Part shown: piece by piece, positions 20,022-29,429 of the stretch
Numbering within the stretch: position 1 is the stretch's first letter
Layout of the letters: each line of letters opens with the position of its first letter
Assembly: GCA_965661945.1 (NCBI GenBank)
Contig: CBFIFP010000005.1
Location: forward strand, 101,182-165,181
Source: Candidatus Kapaibacteriales bacterium
GTDB taxonomy: Bacteria > Bacteroidota > Ignavibacteria > Kapaibacteriales > UBA2268
Direction: 5' to 3'
Length of the DNA stretch: 64,000 nucleotides
Program-made: the position numbers and the translations under genes
Notes under the pieces: generated by a model
The model's database searches: none
What the model was told of the DNA's origin: nothing
What the model saw: the letters and a program-made list of their open reading frames with translations, nothing else

Positions 20022-21383
20022 ATGAAAACAATTCTTCTAATTTTAATTTTATCATCATTTAACTTAAATTCGCAATGGGAATTAATAACTTATCCACCAG
20101 TTATCCCAACACAACATTATGCATTAAAAGGCGATTCGGTTTATGTTTTTAGAGATTATTTTGGATGGTTTAAATCTTATGATTCTGGTGAAAATTGGGA
20201 GTTAAATAATAATATTTTTAAAAATGAAGAAGGTAAAACTATTTATCCAATTTATAACAGACCTTATTTTATTAAAAATTATGTTGTTATGGAGGGAGGT
20301 CATAAAACTCCTTTTGTATATCTCTCATCAGATTATGGAAAAACTTTCAATAAATGTACTGTAAAAGATCAATTTGGATGGGGTTATGATTCATTTATAG
20401 TTGGACATTTGAATTATGTAGTTGTTGAAAATAATGAAATTTATATAGGAAGTGAATATGGTTTATATATTTCAATTGATGATGGCATTACTTTTTATGA
20501 AAAAAGTACACCAGGTTCTCATTTTATTTATCATTCTGGAATAACTGATGATACTCATGTTGAGCAAGGTCTATTAAGCAAGTTAAATTCAAGTGTAACA
20601 AGTATTCTACTTTATGATGATAAAATTTATTTTACTTCAAGTTTTAGAGGCTCAGTATTTAAAAATGTCGATTATAAACGTAATGACACATTAAACTCAA
20701 TATATTTTCCTATAATGGATTATTTTTTTTATAACAAATTCAATACTTCACAACACCCATATAGAGGAAAAAAAGCTAACATGATTTTAAAAATTAATGA
20801 AAATATTTTTACTGACTTTAATAATGAACTTTGGAAGTCAAATGATAAAGGTGATACTTGGGAACAAATTGAAACATTTGGATTGACTTCTATCTCAAGA
20901 TTATTTTCTTGTGGTGAAATTTTATATGCAATAGAAGATAATGTTGGTATTTTTATGTCAGAAGACGAGGGAGAAACTTGGCAAAAAGTAAATTTGATGA
21001 AGTCACAAGATTATCTGGGTGAAAGAGAAATTACAGATTGCGTTAATTTACAATTTTCAGAAAATTACGCATTTTTGCAAACTAATTATGGGCTATGTCG
21101 CGCTCCGCTCAAAGACTGCAAAATAGTAACAGATATAAGTAGCGTAGAAAGCGCCACTACAGACCCCAAAATCTACCCCAACCCCGCCAGCGAAAGCATC
21201 ACAATTTCTGGCATCGGGCAGGGCATCGTTACGATTTACAATACCTTAGGGCAGAAGTTAATAGAAAAGGAAATCTTCGGCACAAGCACCATAAATACTA
21301 ATGATTTGCAAACGGGAATGTATGTAATTAAGTTAGAAAGCGGTGGCGAGGTGGTTTTTGAGAAGGTGATAGTTAATAGGTGA
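20022..21383 (+). CDS. Secreted BNR/Asp-box beta-propeller protein with T9SS CTD
   Basis: Signal peptide; SYDSGENW, SSDYGKTF, SIDDGITF, SNDKGDTW, SEDEGETW; IYPNPAS...GMYVIKL...EKVIVNR. Confidence 0.85.
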   Translation: MKTILLILILSSFNLNSQWELITYPPVIPTQHYALKGDSVYVFRDYFGWFKSYDSGENWELNNNIFKNEEGKTIYPIYNRPYFIKNYVVMEGGHKTPFVYLSSDYGKTFNKCTVKDQFGWGYDSFIVGHLNYVVVENNEIYIGSEYGLYISIDDGITFYEKSTPGSHFIYHSGITDDTHVEQGLLSKLNSSVTSILLYDDKIYFTSSFRGSVFKNVDYKRNDTLNSIYFPIMDYFFYNKFNTSQHPYRGKKANMILKINENIFTDFNNELWKSNDKGDTWEQIETFGLTSISRLFSCGEILYAIEDNVGIFMSEDEGETWQKVNLMKSQDYLGEREITDCVNLQFSENYAFLQTNYGLCRAPLKDCKIVTDISSVESATTDPKIYPNPASESITISGIGQGIVTIYNTLGQKLIEKEIFGTSTINTNDLQTGMYVIKLESGGEVVFEKVIVNR

Positions 21384-21416
21384 TAGGTAAAATTGTTGTT
21401 TTTTTTGGTGATTTGG

Positions 21417-21443
21417 CTGGATTCATCGCTGGCGCTCTGAATG
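21417..21443. repeat. Solo copy of the core repeat of the 13868-14334 element
   Basis: CTGGATTCATCGCTGGCGCTCTGAATG matches the reverse complement of 13906-13931 with one substitution and one insertion. Confidence 0.75.
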
Positions 21444-21558
21444 GTGGAATATAATTTTTGATTGATAGAGTTGCTTAGTTTATTATTTGAGAGTCTAATT
21501 TTAAATTTTGTGATTTATGTTGTTGTATTTATGGCACTAAATTTGATTATGCTTAGGT

Positions 21559-22926
21559 ATGAAAAAAATACTTATCATATTAATCATTTTGGTAGCCAAT
21601 TTGGATATATATAGCCAAAACATTAAACTTGTGAGGACAGACGTGGATTCTACTCGCAAGGATTTTGTTACTTCTACTTATATGTTTGGCTTTGATGTTC
21701 AGATTGATGGCCTGCAGAATTGTAATAATGCGTCCTTTCAGTTGAAGTTCGATAATGCCCAGTATATCAAGTACTCTGGTGCGATGTTGAATGACTTTAA
21801 GGATAGTGGGACGGTGTTTATTTATGAATATCGTGAGCCGGGAACTAATGAGATTTATCTTAATATTGGTGTATTTTCGGGTCAACCACTTGGTGAGAAT
21901 GATTTTGATAATCCTAATTTACTTCGTCTTGAGTTTGTTGTAACTCCTACGGCACCAAATGATGAACGTGTAACTTTTACTTTTATTAATGCTTTTGGTT
22001 CTACATATCAGGATGGTACTGGACAATCTGTTCAACTTGCTTCAACACCTACTATACTAGAAGTTCATGGTTATGTAGATGTATGGCCTGGTGATACTGA
22101 TAATAACCAAGTTGTTGATAATGTGGACTGGACAACTGTATCTGAAAATCTAAAATTCAAAGAACGATTTCCTGGTTATCGTTCATTTAAAAGAGAAAAT
22201 GCAACTACTAATTGGTTTCCGCAACGTTCTCTGGTGTGGGATGTGGAAGATGCTACTTATGCTGATTGTGATGGAGATGGTGAGATTTCAGTAACTGATG
22301 GCTTGGTTGTGCTTTTAAATTTATCAACTGCTCAGAATTCAATTATTAAAGAACCGAAAGCTCAAATTTTACAAAACAATGATAATCTTATTCCAGTTTA
22401 TATAGAACATCACAGAAATTATCGAGGTATTTTTGGTCAAATTGAGTTTAATAATATTGAAATTGAAGATGTTGTTATTGGTGATTTGTTTTCTATGGGG
22501 AACTCAATGTTCCACGTGGAACAAAACACAATGAATTTCACACTTGGGAATATGGTTAATAGTCAATTTGTAGATAAAAGTGGAATTGCATTTTACATAA
22601 AAACCAAAGAGCCGGTAGAGAACCTTGATTTGAATTTTATTCAATTAAGAGGTATCTCTGAAACTAATACGCTATTTAATCTTCATCAGTCTGCATTATC
22701 AGTGGAAAAGGATAACAAGTATAATGTAATTTATACTGGTGATGAATTAAGAATTGAATCAAATGAAAGAGTCAATTCATTTAAGATTATTGATATTCGT
22801 GGCAATTTACTTTCTGAGAATTTTAATACAAATCAAACAAAAATAGATTTGATTTCTGGTTATTACATGGTAATTATCGAATCAAATGAAAGACAAATCA
22901 AATATCCATTAATGATATTAAAATAA
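21559..22926 (+). CDS. Secreted cohesin-like/dockerin-like protein with degenerate T9SS CTD
   Basis: Signal peptide, beta-sandwich, VWPGDTDNNQVVDNVD and YADCDGDGEISVTD Ca-binding loops, C-terminal KIIDIRGNLL...SGYYMVII. Confidence 0.65.
   Translation: MKKILIILIILVANLDIYSQNIKLVRTDVDSTRKDFVTSTYMFGFDVQIDGLQNCNNASFQLKFDNAQYIKYSGAMLNDFKDSGTVFIYEYREPGTNEIYLNIGVFSGQPLGENDFDNPNLLRLEFVVTPTAPNDERVTFTFINAFGSTYQDGTGQSVQLASTPTILEVHGYVDVWPGDTDNNQVVDNVDWTTVSENLKFKERFPGYRSFKRENATTNWFPQRSLVWDVEDATYADCDGDGEISVTDGLVVLLNLSTAQNSIIKEPKAQILQNNDNLIPVYIEHHRNYRGIFGQIEFNNIEIEDVVIGDLFSMGNSMFHVEQNTMNFTLGNMVNSQFVDKSGIAFYIKTKEPVENLDLNFIQLRGISETNTLFNLHQSALSVEKDNKYNVIYTGDELRIESNERVNSFKIIDIRGNLLSENFNTNQTKIDLISGYYMVIIESNERQIKYPLMILK
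22508..22523. other. parS site 1 (inside CDS)
   Basis: Perfect palindrome TGTTCCACGTGGAACA matching the parS consensus TGTTNCACGTGAAACA. Confidence 0.85.
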
Positions 22927-23844
22927 ATGAGAGATTTATTTAATGAAATATCTAAATTGAATACGGAGCGAGTTAATCCAAATTCAGTCAATATTGATAT
23001 TTCCTCGACGTCTGAAATCCTAAAAATAATTAATGACGAAGATAAAATTATTGCATTTGCGGTTGAGAAGGAACTTCCTTTTATCGAAATTGCAGTAGAT
23101 GAAATATATAAACGACTATCAGTAGGTGGTCGTTTATTTTATTTTGGTGCTGGAACTTCAGGCAGGTTAGGAGTTGTAGATGCCGTGGAATGTCCACCTA
23201 CTTTTGGAACAAATCCAGATATGGTACAGGGTTTTATTGCAGGTGGTGAGCAGGCAATGTTTGTAGCTCAAGAAGGTGCGGAGGACTCAGTTGAAGATGG
23301 AAGAAAGCAAATAGATATTCATAATATTACTCAAAATGATATTGTTTCTGGAATTGCTGCATCTGGCAGAACGCCTTGGGTAAAAGGAGTTTTAATGGAA
23401 GCGAAAGCAAATGGTATTTATACGATTTTTATAAATACAATTGGTAGAAAGCAAAGCAAGGAATTGAATATTGATGTAGATTGTTTGATTTCACCGGAGG
23501 TAGGAGCGGAAGTAATTATGGGTTCAACACGAATGAAATCAGGGACTGCTCAAAAGTTAGTTTTGAATATGCTCACTACTGCGGTAATGATTAAAATGGG
23601 GAAGACATATAATAATATTATGGTTGATTTACAGATGACAAATGCAAAACTAAAAGAACGAGCTAAACGAACTGTGATGATGATTTGCGATATTGATTAC
23701 GTTCAAGCAGAAGCACTTCTCCAGAAAAGTAATTACCACGTAAAGTCGGCAATAGTGATGAATTTCAAAAATTGCGATTTCCCCACCGCACAGGAACTTT
23801 TATATAAATCAAACGGTTTTGTAAAGAAAGCAATCAAGTCATAA
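22927..23844 (+). CDS. murQ: N-acetylmuramic acid 6-phosphate etherase
   Basis: TERVNP, GAGTSGRLGVVDAVECPPTFG, EGAED, GSTRMKSGTAQKLVLNM. Confidence 0.97.
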   Translation: MRDLFNEISKLNTERVNPNSVNIDISSTSEILKIINDEDKIIAFAVEKELPFIEIAVDEIYKRLSVGGRLFYFGAGTSGRLGVVDAVECPPTFGTNPDMVQGFIAGGEQAMFVAQEGAEDSVEDGRKQIDIHNITQNDIVSGIAASGRTPWVKGVLMEAKANGIYTIFINTIGRKQSKELNIDVDCLISPEVGAEVIMGSTRMKSGTAQKLVLNMLTTAVMIKMGKTYNNIMVDLQMTNAKLKERAKRTVMMICDIDYVQAEALLQKSNYHVKSAIVMNFKNCDFPTAQELLYKSNGFVKKAIKS

Positions 23845-23850
23845 ACTAAT

Positions 23851-23866
23851 TGTTCCACGTGGAACA
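23851..23866. other. parS site 2
   Basis: TGTTCCACGTGGAACA just after the murQ stop codon. Confidence 0.88.
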
Positions 23867-24628
23867 GGGTTGTGTGGTTTTGAAAATAATTTAAACAAAA
23901 ATATAATAAAAAAAGGATGTGATTTAATTTAAAAAAATTAAGTCAAAAAAGATAGAAGGGTATATTAAAGTTTCTCGGTATATTGAATAAAGATGTTGAT
24001 GTATTAGAATTTCAAAAAAGATAAGAAATTAATGGGAATGAAATAAATGCACTAAATAAACGACATAAAAATAAATAACGAATCACTAATTATATTTTCT
24101 GATGCTGGAGAATTTTATTTTAATATTAGCGAATTATCACCATAATTGAAATATGCTTCTTGATTAAAAATAATACTTACCAAGTTTCACCCTCGAAATA
24201 TTTATATTGAAATTTACTCGATGAAGATATTTCATTGCACGCATTATTAAGCCAATCTTTAAAAGTATATTTAACTTAAAATTAATACTTTTTTTATTAG
24301 TTTTATAATTATATAAACAATTGATGAATTAGAAAGTCAATTAAAAAATCTTATAATAAATCAATATATCTATAATTCATAGCAAAAACCTAAAAAAAAC
24401 GACTTCCATATTTTGCGATTATGAAGAGATTGTCAGCTTATTTATGGTTTTATATGAAAAAGTCTTAAAACCCCTTAAATCGAAATTAATCGGCTATATT
24501 TGTGATTTAATTAAAATACTAAAAAACACTAGTGGTAATTATTGATGAGACAATATTGAAACAATATATTTCTTCAATTAATTCTTTTTTTGAATTTTTA
24601 TATTGAGGAGATTATTAATGAAACACGA

Positions 24629-24644
24629 TGTTCCACGTGAAACA
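24629..24644. other. parS site 3
   Basis: TGTTCCACGTGAAACA, an exact consensus match. Confidence 0.88.
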
Positions 24645-24712
24645 ATTATAAAAGAAATATTTTGGAAAGTAGTATAAAAAATTTTTAAATTAACCTGTAT
24701 TTAAAATTTGAC

Positions 24713-24744
24713 AAAAAAAATGGGAGTTCAAAAAACTCCCATTT
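24713..24744 (-). terminator. Intrinsic terminator after the CADD-like gene
   Basis: ATGGGAGTT/AACTCCCAT stem preceded by an A-tract. Confidence 0.75.
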
Positions 24745-24765
24745 ATAGTTTTAATTAATTAATTA

Positions 24766-25323
24766 TTAATTTAAGTATTTGTCCAGTGCGTTGTAAAATA
24801 TTTCAGCGCCTCTGTCAAATCCACGATTGAATTCATCTTCATTAGCATTTTGTTTTGCTAATTGTCTTCCAAAAGCAATGTGAGCTTCTTCGTCCATGTG
24901 TTCATCAAAATATTTCAGCTCAGCACTTTCGTAACCATAGTGGCAAAGAAGACCTTCTTTTTTAGTTACAGCTACTTCTGGTTGTTGCATTTCAAATGCA
25001 TGAATTGCTCCCAATAATTCGCTTGAAGACATTGAATCTAGTTCTGCAACAACGTCATTCATTGAAGGAAAAGAATCAACTTGCGGTAATTTAGATTTCC
25101 AAGTTTGCCATAAAGCAATATGGTCTGTTTCATCTTTTACAACGCTTTGAGCAAATTTGTTATCAGCATCAAACGAATTTATAATTTTTTGCCAGTAAGT
25201 AGGCATAAGTTCTATGAATTCGTTGTAAGATGAATGATATTTAGCTAATTGCTCTAAAGTAATATCTCCTTTAGTCCAAGATTGGTAAAAAGGATGATCT
25301 AATAATTTGTGTTTTAATTCCAT
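24766..25323 (-). CDS. CADD/PqqC-like heme-oxygenase-fold diiron protein
   Basis: LLDHPFYQSWTKG, DETDHIALW, AFEMQQPEVAVTKKEGL, YFDEHMDEEAH; SD GGAG upstream. Confidence 0.85.
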   Translation of the reverse strand: MELKHKLLDHPFYQSWTKGDITLEQLAKYHSSYNEFIELMPTYWQKIINSFDADNKFAQSVVKDETDHIALWQTWKSKLPQVDSFPSMNDVVAELDSMSSSELLGAIHAFEMQQPEVAVTKKEGLLCHYGYESAELKYFDEHMDEEAHIAFGRQLAKQNANEDEFNRGFDRGAEIFYNALDKYLN

Positions 25324-25418
25324 AAATGACTCCTAATATATTTAAATTTTTTTTTCAAATTTTAAATCACAATTTAAGAAATAAAATTTGAAATACAATT
25401 AGTTTATTTCTTTTATAC

Positions 25419-26496
25419 TTAAATTTCTTTACCAGACTTTAAGATTACAAGTTCAACTCTTCTATTTTTGGCTCTGCCTTCATCTGTATCATTGTCGGCA
25501 ACTGGTTGGGTTGGACCATAACCTTTGATAACAACTTTATCTTTATCAATACCTTTTTTCATAAGATACTTACGAACTTCTTCAGCTCTTCGTTCTGATA
25601 GTTTTTTGTTTAACAATTTCACCAAGGTTAATTGGCTCTCCCCATTCTCCATTTTCATCTTTGATAGAAACATACATATCTGTGTTACCAAATAGTGAGC
25701 CGCGAGAAAGAGTGTTATATTTTACATGTTCACCAATACCGCCAGGTCTATCTGAAACAAAAATAAATGCTTTACCATCATTAGTTAGTTTACCATCACA
25801 GTCAAAAAACTCGGAGTTAATTCCTAAAGGGAATTGAATGGCTTCCGACCAACCAAATGGTGTTTTTTCGGCGTAGTATAAATCTCCTCCTCCTGGAGTT
25901 TCTTTATAATTTCCAAAAAGTATCATTGTATTTCCATCAGTAGTAATACCTTGAGGAGATTCTTCTGTATTTGAAGTATTGAAAGGAGCGTCAAGTTTTT
26001 TTGCTGGAGTCCATATATCATTTATCTTTGTAGAGAAGAATATATCGTCAGTTTCGTTATCAAAGCCATCTCTGGTTGTAGAGGAGAAATACATTGTTTT
26101 TTCGTCTGCAGTTTGGATGGGAGCAATCTCAGAAGATAAGGAATTAATACCACTTCCAATATTTCTTTCTTCTAAAAGTTCATTTTTTCTTGAAAGTATT
26201 TCAATTATATCTTCAATGTGTTGTTTTTTATCAGGGAAATTATCTTTTTGGGAGTTTAAAATATTAACTGCTCCTTGCCAATCTTTTTCTACAATTCGTG
26301 GTTCAATATATCTAATAAGAGCAATAAATGCATCTTCAGAAGGAGCATAATCGTAGATTATATCAAAATAATCATCAAGAGTTTCCTCAGTAGGAGAATA
26401 AAAAAGTAGTTCTTGGTCTGGAACTTCTTGCGAGAAAAGGTTAAAAACTGTGATGAATAATAAAAAAGATAATGTTTTTTTCATTTGATACTCCAT
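25419..26496 (-). pseudogene. PD40-repeat/OmpA protein with an out-of-frame internal deletion
   Basis: The PD40 frame breaks at WGEPINLGEIV; the +1 frame continues NKKLSERRAEEV...GYGPTQPVADN...NRRVE, which is only the C-half of OmpA (no GHTD). Confidence 0.8.
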
Positions 26497-26581
26497 ATAA
26501 AACGCAATTTAAAAAATAATATTGATAATATAAAATGGATAATGAAAATATATATTAAAATATAATTGAATGAATATTAAT

Positions 26582-26842
26582 TTAATATATTTTATTTCCT
26601 AAATTCAAAATTGAAGTTAGTCTTAAGTCAAATTTATATGTCAGTGTTTTTTGATAAACAAAAGGTAAAATATTTATGTCCATTTCACCTTTGGTATAAA
26701 ATGGTTCAATAGTAATACTAGGATTTATTCCAATGAAGTTATATAGTTTATATTTTTGTGCTAAAAGTATTGTGTTTTGTAAAAGTGTATAACTATCGTT
26801 ATAAATAATCTTTTTTATTACGTTTTTCAGTTTCTTATCGCA
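26582..26842 (-). pseudogene. Gene remnant of a hypothetical protein
   Basis: 86 stop-free codons with no 5' ATG: ...YNFIGINPSITIEPFYTKGEMDINILPFVYQKTLTYKFDLRLTSILNLG... Confidence 0.45.
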
Positions 26843-26920
26843 TTAAATAATATAATATTAAATAAATTAGAGTCAAGCAAAAATGTCTTTTATTAGACTA
26901 AATTTATCTAAATATCCTTA

Positions 26921-28786
26921 TTATTGATTAAACTGGATTTTATATAAATTTTTATATACACCATTTTTCTCTAATAATTCTGAGTGATTACCTTGTTCTA
27001 CTATTTTACCATTGTCAAAAACATAAATTTTATTGCAATCTAATATTGTTGCTAATCTATGAGCTACTATAATTGCAGTTCTGTTTTCTAAAGAGTCGTT
27101 GATTGCGGTTTGAACTATTTTTTCTGATTCTGAATCTAAAGCAGAGGTTGCTTCATCAAATATAAGGATATCTGGATTGCTAAGTAGCGCTCTGGCAATA
27201 GCGAGTCTTTGTCTTTCTCCACCAGAAAGAATAAGACCTCTATCTCCTATGTTAGTTTCAATACCATCATGAAGTTTAGAAACAAAGTCCCAACAATGTG
27301 CAACTTTTAATGCATTAATTACCTCAGAATCCGTTGCAGATTCGTTCCCATATTTCAAGTTATTTTTAATTGTATCGTTAAAAAGCACTGTCTCTTGTGA
27401 AACCATACTAAATCTATTTCTATAATCTTTTAAATTATAGTCTTTTATATTGATGTTATCAAATAGAATATAACCTTTTTTAGGGTCATAAAAGCGTATC
27501 ATCAAATCAAGAATTGTAGACTTACCGGAGCCAGAAGCACCTACAAAAGCAACTTTCTCGCCTTTATTAATTACTAAAGAAACATCTTTTAGAATGTCTT
27601 CATCTTGGTAGGCAAAGGTAATGTCATTAATTTCAATTTTATGATTAAATTCATTAATGTTTTTAGTGCCTGATTTAACTTTACTTTCGGAGTCTAATAT
27701 TCCAAAGACTCTATCTGCCGAAACGTATCCTCTTTGGAATCCTGCAATAGAATTAACCATAGTATTAACTGGGCTCATTATTCCAAATAAAACCATGATG
27801 AAATATACTAAATCAGAAGGTGAAATTTGATTTTCCATTACTAATCCACCACCTACAATTAAAACAACACAAAGCGAAATAATTGCAAAAACTTCACTAA
27901 GACCTGGAACAAAAGAGAGCATATTTTTATGTTTAACTGCTGCTTTTACAAACTTAGACGTATCGTTATAAAATTTTTTATTAGCTTTTTCTTCAGCGTT
28001 GTATGATTGTATTATTCTAATCCCTGCAATGGTTTCTTGAAGGGTTGATGTAAAGTCTGCCATATATTCTTGCATTCTTCTGCCGTATCTTTGTAGATAT
28101 TTTCTGGCAAACCTTAGGATTCCTAATGTAAAAAAAGTAGTGGAGAAAGCTATAAGAGTTAGAATAGGTGAAATTGAAAGGAGTAGATAAAAAATTATTA
28201 TTGATTGAATAAATTCGCGAAAAACTGTTAAAGAATTTAGTATTGTAGTATTATTTAGCACTTCAACATCACTAATTAAAATTGAGATTAAATTACCTTG
28301 ACGAGATTTAGAGAAGTAATCTAAGGATATGGAAGATAATTTAGTGAATACCCTATCTCTTATTGATTTGATTATATTTTGTTGTAGAATAGCGCTGACA
28401 TAAGTAGCAAAAAATTTAGCTAGGTTTTTAAGTATGAAAATCGAAACAGCAAGAATACTAAAATAAAAAAGAGTTTGCTTTATGTCATTTTCAATGAAGA
28501 TTAATTCTTTGATGTAGTTATAAAAACCGTATTCTATTTGTTTTAAGAAGCTGCTATCTGGGATTTCTTTAACACCCATATCTTCTTGAAAAACAATTTC
28601 TAATACAAATTTGAATAGGGGGAAGGTTATGGCTGTAAGTACTGAAAATATAATATTTAAGAAAAAAGATAAGATAAGAACTTTTTTAAAAGGAATAACA
28701 AAAGAAAAGACTCTTTTTAATGTTTTGTAAGTTGATGTATCTATGGGAGATTTACTTTTGTTTGATTTATTTTTCTCTAGTTTCAT
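26921..28786 (-). CDS. MsbA-like ABC exporter (TMD plus NBD)
   Basis: GASGSGKS, LSGGERQR, ILIFDEATSALD, IVAHRL; N-terminal TM domain. Confidence 0.92.
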   Translation of the reverse strand: MKLEKNKSNKSKSPIDTSTYKTLKRVFSFVIPFKKVLILSFFLNIIFSVLTAITFPLFKFVLEIVFQEDMGVKEIPDSSFLKQIEYGFYNYIKELIFIENDIKQTLFYFSILAVSIFILKNLAKFFATYVSAILQQNIIKSIRDRVFTKLSSISLDYFSKSRQGNLISILISDVEVLNNTTILNSLTVFREFIQSIIIFYLLLSISPILTLIAFSTTFFTLGILRFARKYLQRYGRRMQEYMADFTSTLQETIAGIRIIQSYNAEEKANKKFYNDTSKFVKAAVKHKNMLSFVPGLSEVFAIISLCVVLIVGGGLVMENQISPSDLVYFIMVLFGIMSPVNTMVNSIAGFQRGYVSADRVFGILDSESKVKSGTKNINEFNHKIEINDITFAYQDEDILKDVSLVINKGEKVAFVGASGSGKSTILDLMIRFYDPKKGYILFDNINIKDYNLKDYRNRFSMVSQETVLFNDTIKNNLKYGNESATDSEVINALKVAHCWDFVSKLHDGIETNIGDRGLILSGGERQRLAIARALLSNPDILIFDEATSALDSESEKIVQTAINDSLENRTAIIVAHRLATILDCNKIYVFDNGKIVEQGNHSELLEKNGVYKNLYKIQFNQ

Positions 28787-28860
28787 TAAAATATTAAAAA
28801 TATTAATTTTAAAAATACAAATATAAAGAGAAAATGATTAATTTATGGTAGGGTTAAAAC

Positions 28861-28901
28861 AAAAAAACGAGAACCCTTCATTTAAAAAGAGGGGTTCTTG
28901 T
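28861..28901 (-). terminator. Intrinsic terminator after rpsT
   Basis: AGAACCCTTC/GAGGGGTTCT stem preceded by an A-tract. Confidence 0.65.
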
Positions 28902-28919
28902 AGATTTTAAATATATAAT

Positions 28920-29180
28920 TTATGCAGTTTGAAGTTTTTTTACGAAAGCATTTAATCTAGATTTTTTTCTAGCGATAGTGTTTTTGTGGAACACGCCTCT
29001 TGCTTGAACTTTATCAAGGATAGAGTATGCTTTATGTAAATTAGTCATAGCTTCTTCATAATTTGGAGAGTCAACAACTGCTCTAGTTATTTTTTTCACT
29101 AATTTTTTATTAGTGTTATTGTAATAGTTTTTACTTCTTGTTTGTCTAATTCTCTTAAGACTTGATTTATGATTTGGCAT
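28920..29180 (-). CDS. rpsT: 30S ribosomal protein S20
   Basis: MPNHKSSLKRIRQ...HKNTIARKKSRL. Confidence 0.97.
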   Translation of the reverse strand: MPNHKSSLKRIRQTRSKNYYNNTNKKLVKKITRAVVDSPNYEEAMTNLHKAYSILDKVQARGVFHKNTIARKKSRLNAFVKKLQTA

Positions 29181-29217
29181 TTTAAACCTTATTTTTAAAT
29201 TTCGTTTTTTAGAACTA

Positions 29218-29249
29218 CAAAATTACAACATTTATTTTTAACTACCAAA
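29218..29249 (-). promoter_or_regulatory. Bacteroidota-type promoter of rpsT
   Basis: Minus strand TTTG-N20-TAATTTTG followed by TAGTTCTA. Confidence 0.7.
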
Positions 29250-29429
29250 TTTTACTTAAAATTATTTTTATTTAAGAGAAATTTAAAATTTCAATTTATT
29301 AAAATATTCTCTATTTTATAATTATTTTTAAACTATTCTAGTTTATTCTTTATTATTAATAATATTATTTATATATTTGCGAAATAATTTCTTTAAATTT
29401 GAAATTATTAAACTAAATTATAAGTAGAA

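Noticed and set aside
24085-24280. Short minus-strand protein-like fragments (VKYTFKDWLNNAC...)
   Set aside because: Too short and interrupted to identify
23845-24765. oriC in the long intergenic gap
   Set aside because: No cluster of TTATCCACA-like boxes seen; the perfect box I noticed (50091-50099) lies inside the RidA gene
25582-25691. Programmed ribosomal frameshift at the A6 run
   Set aside because: The fused product would still lack the N-half of the OmpA domain; deletion explains it better
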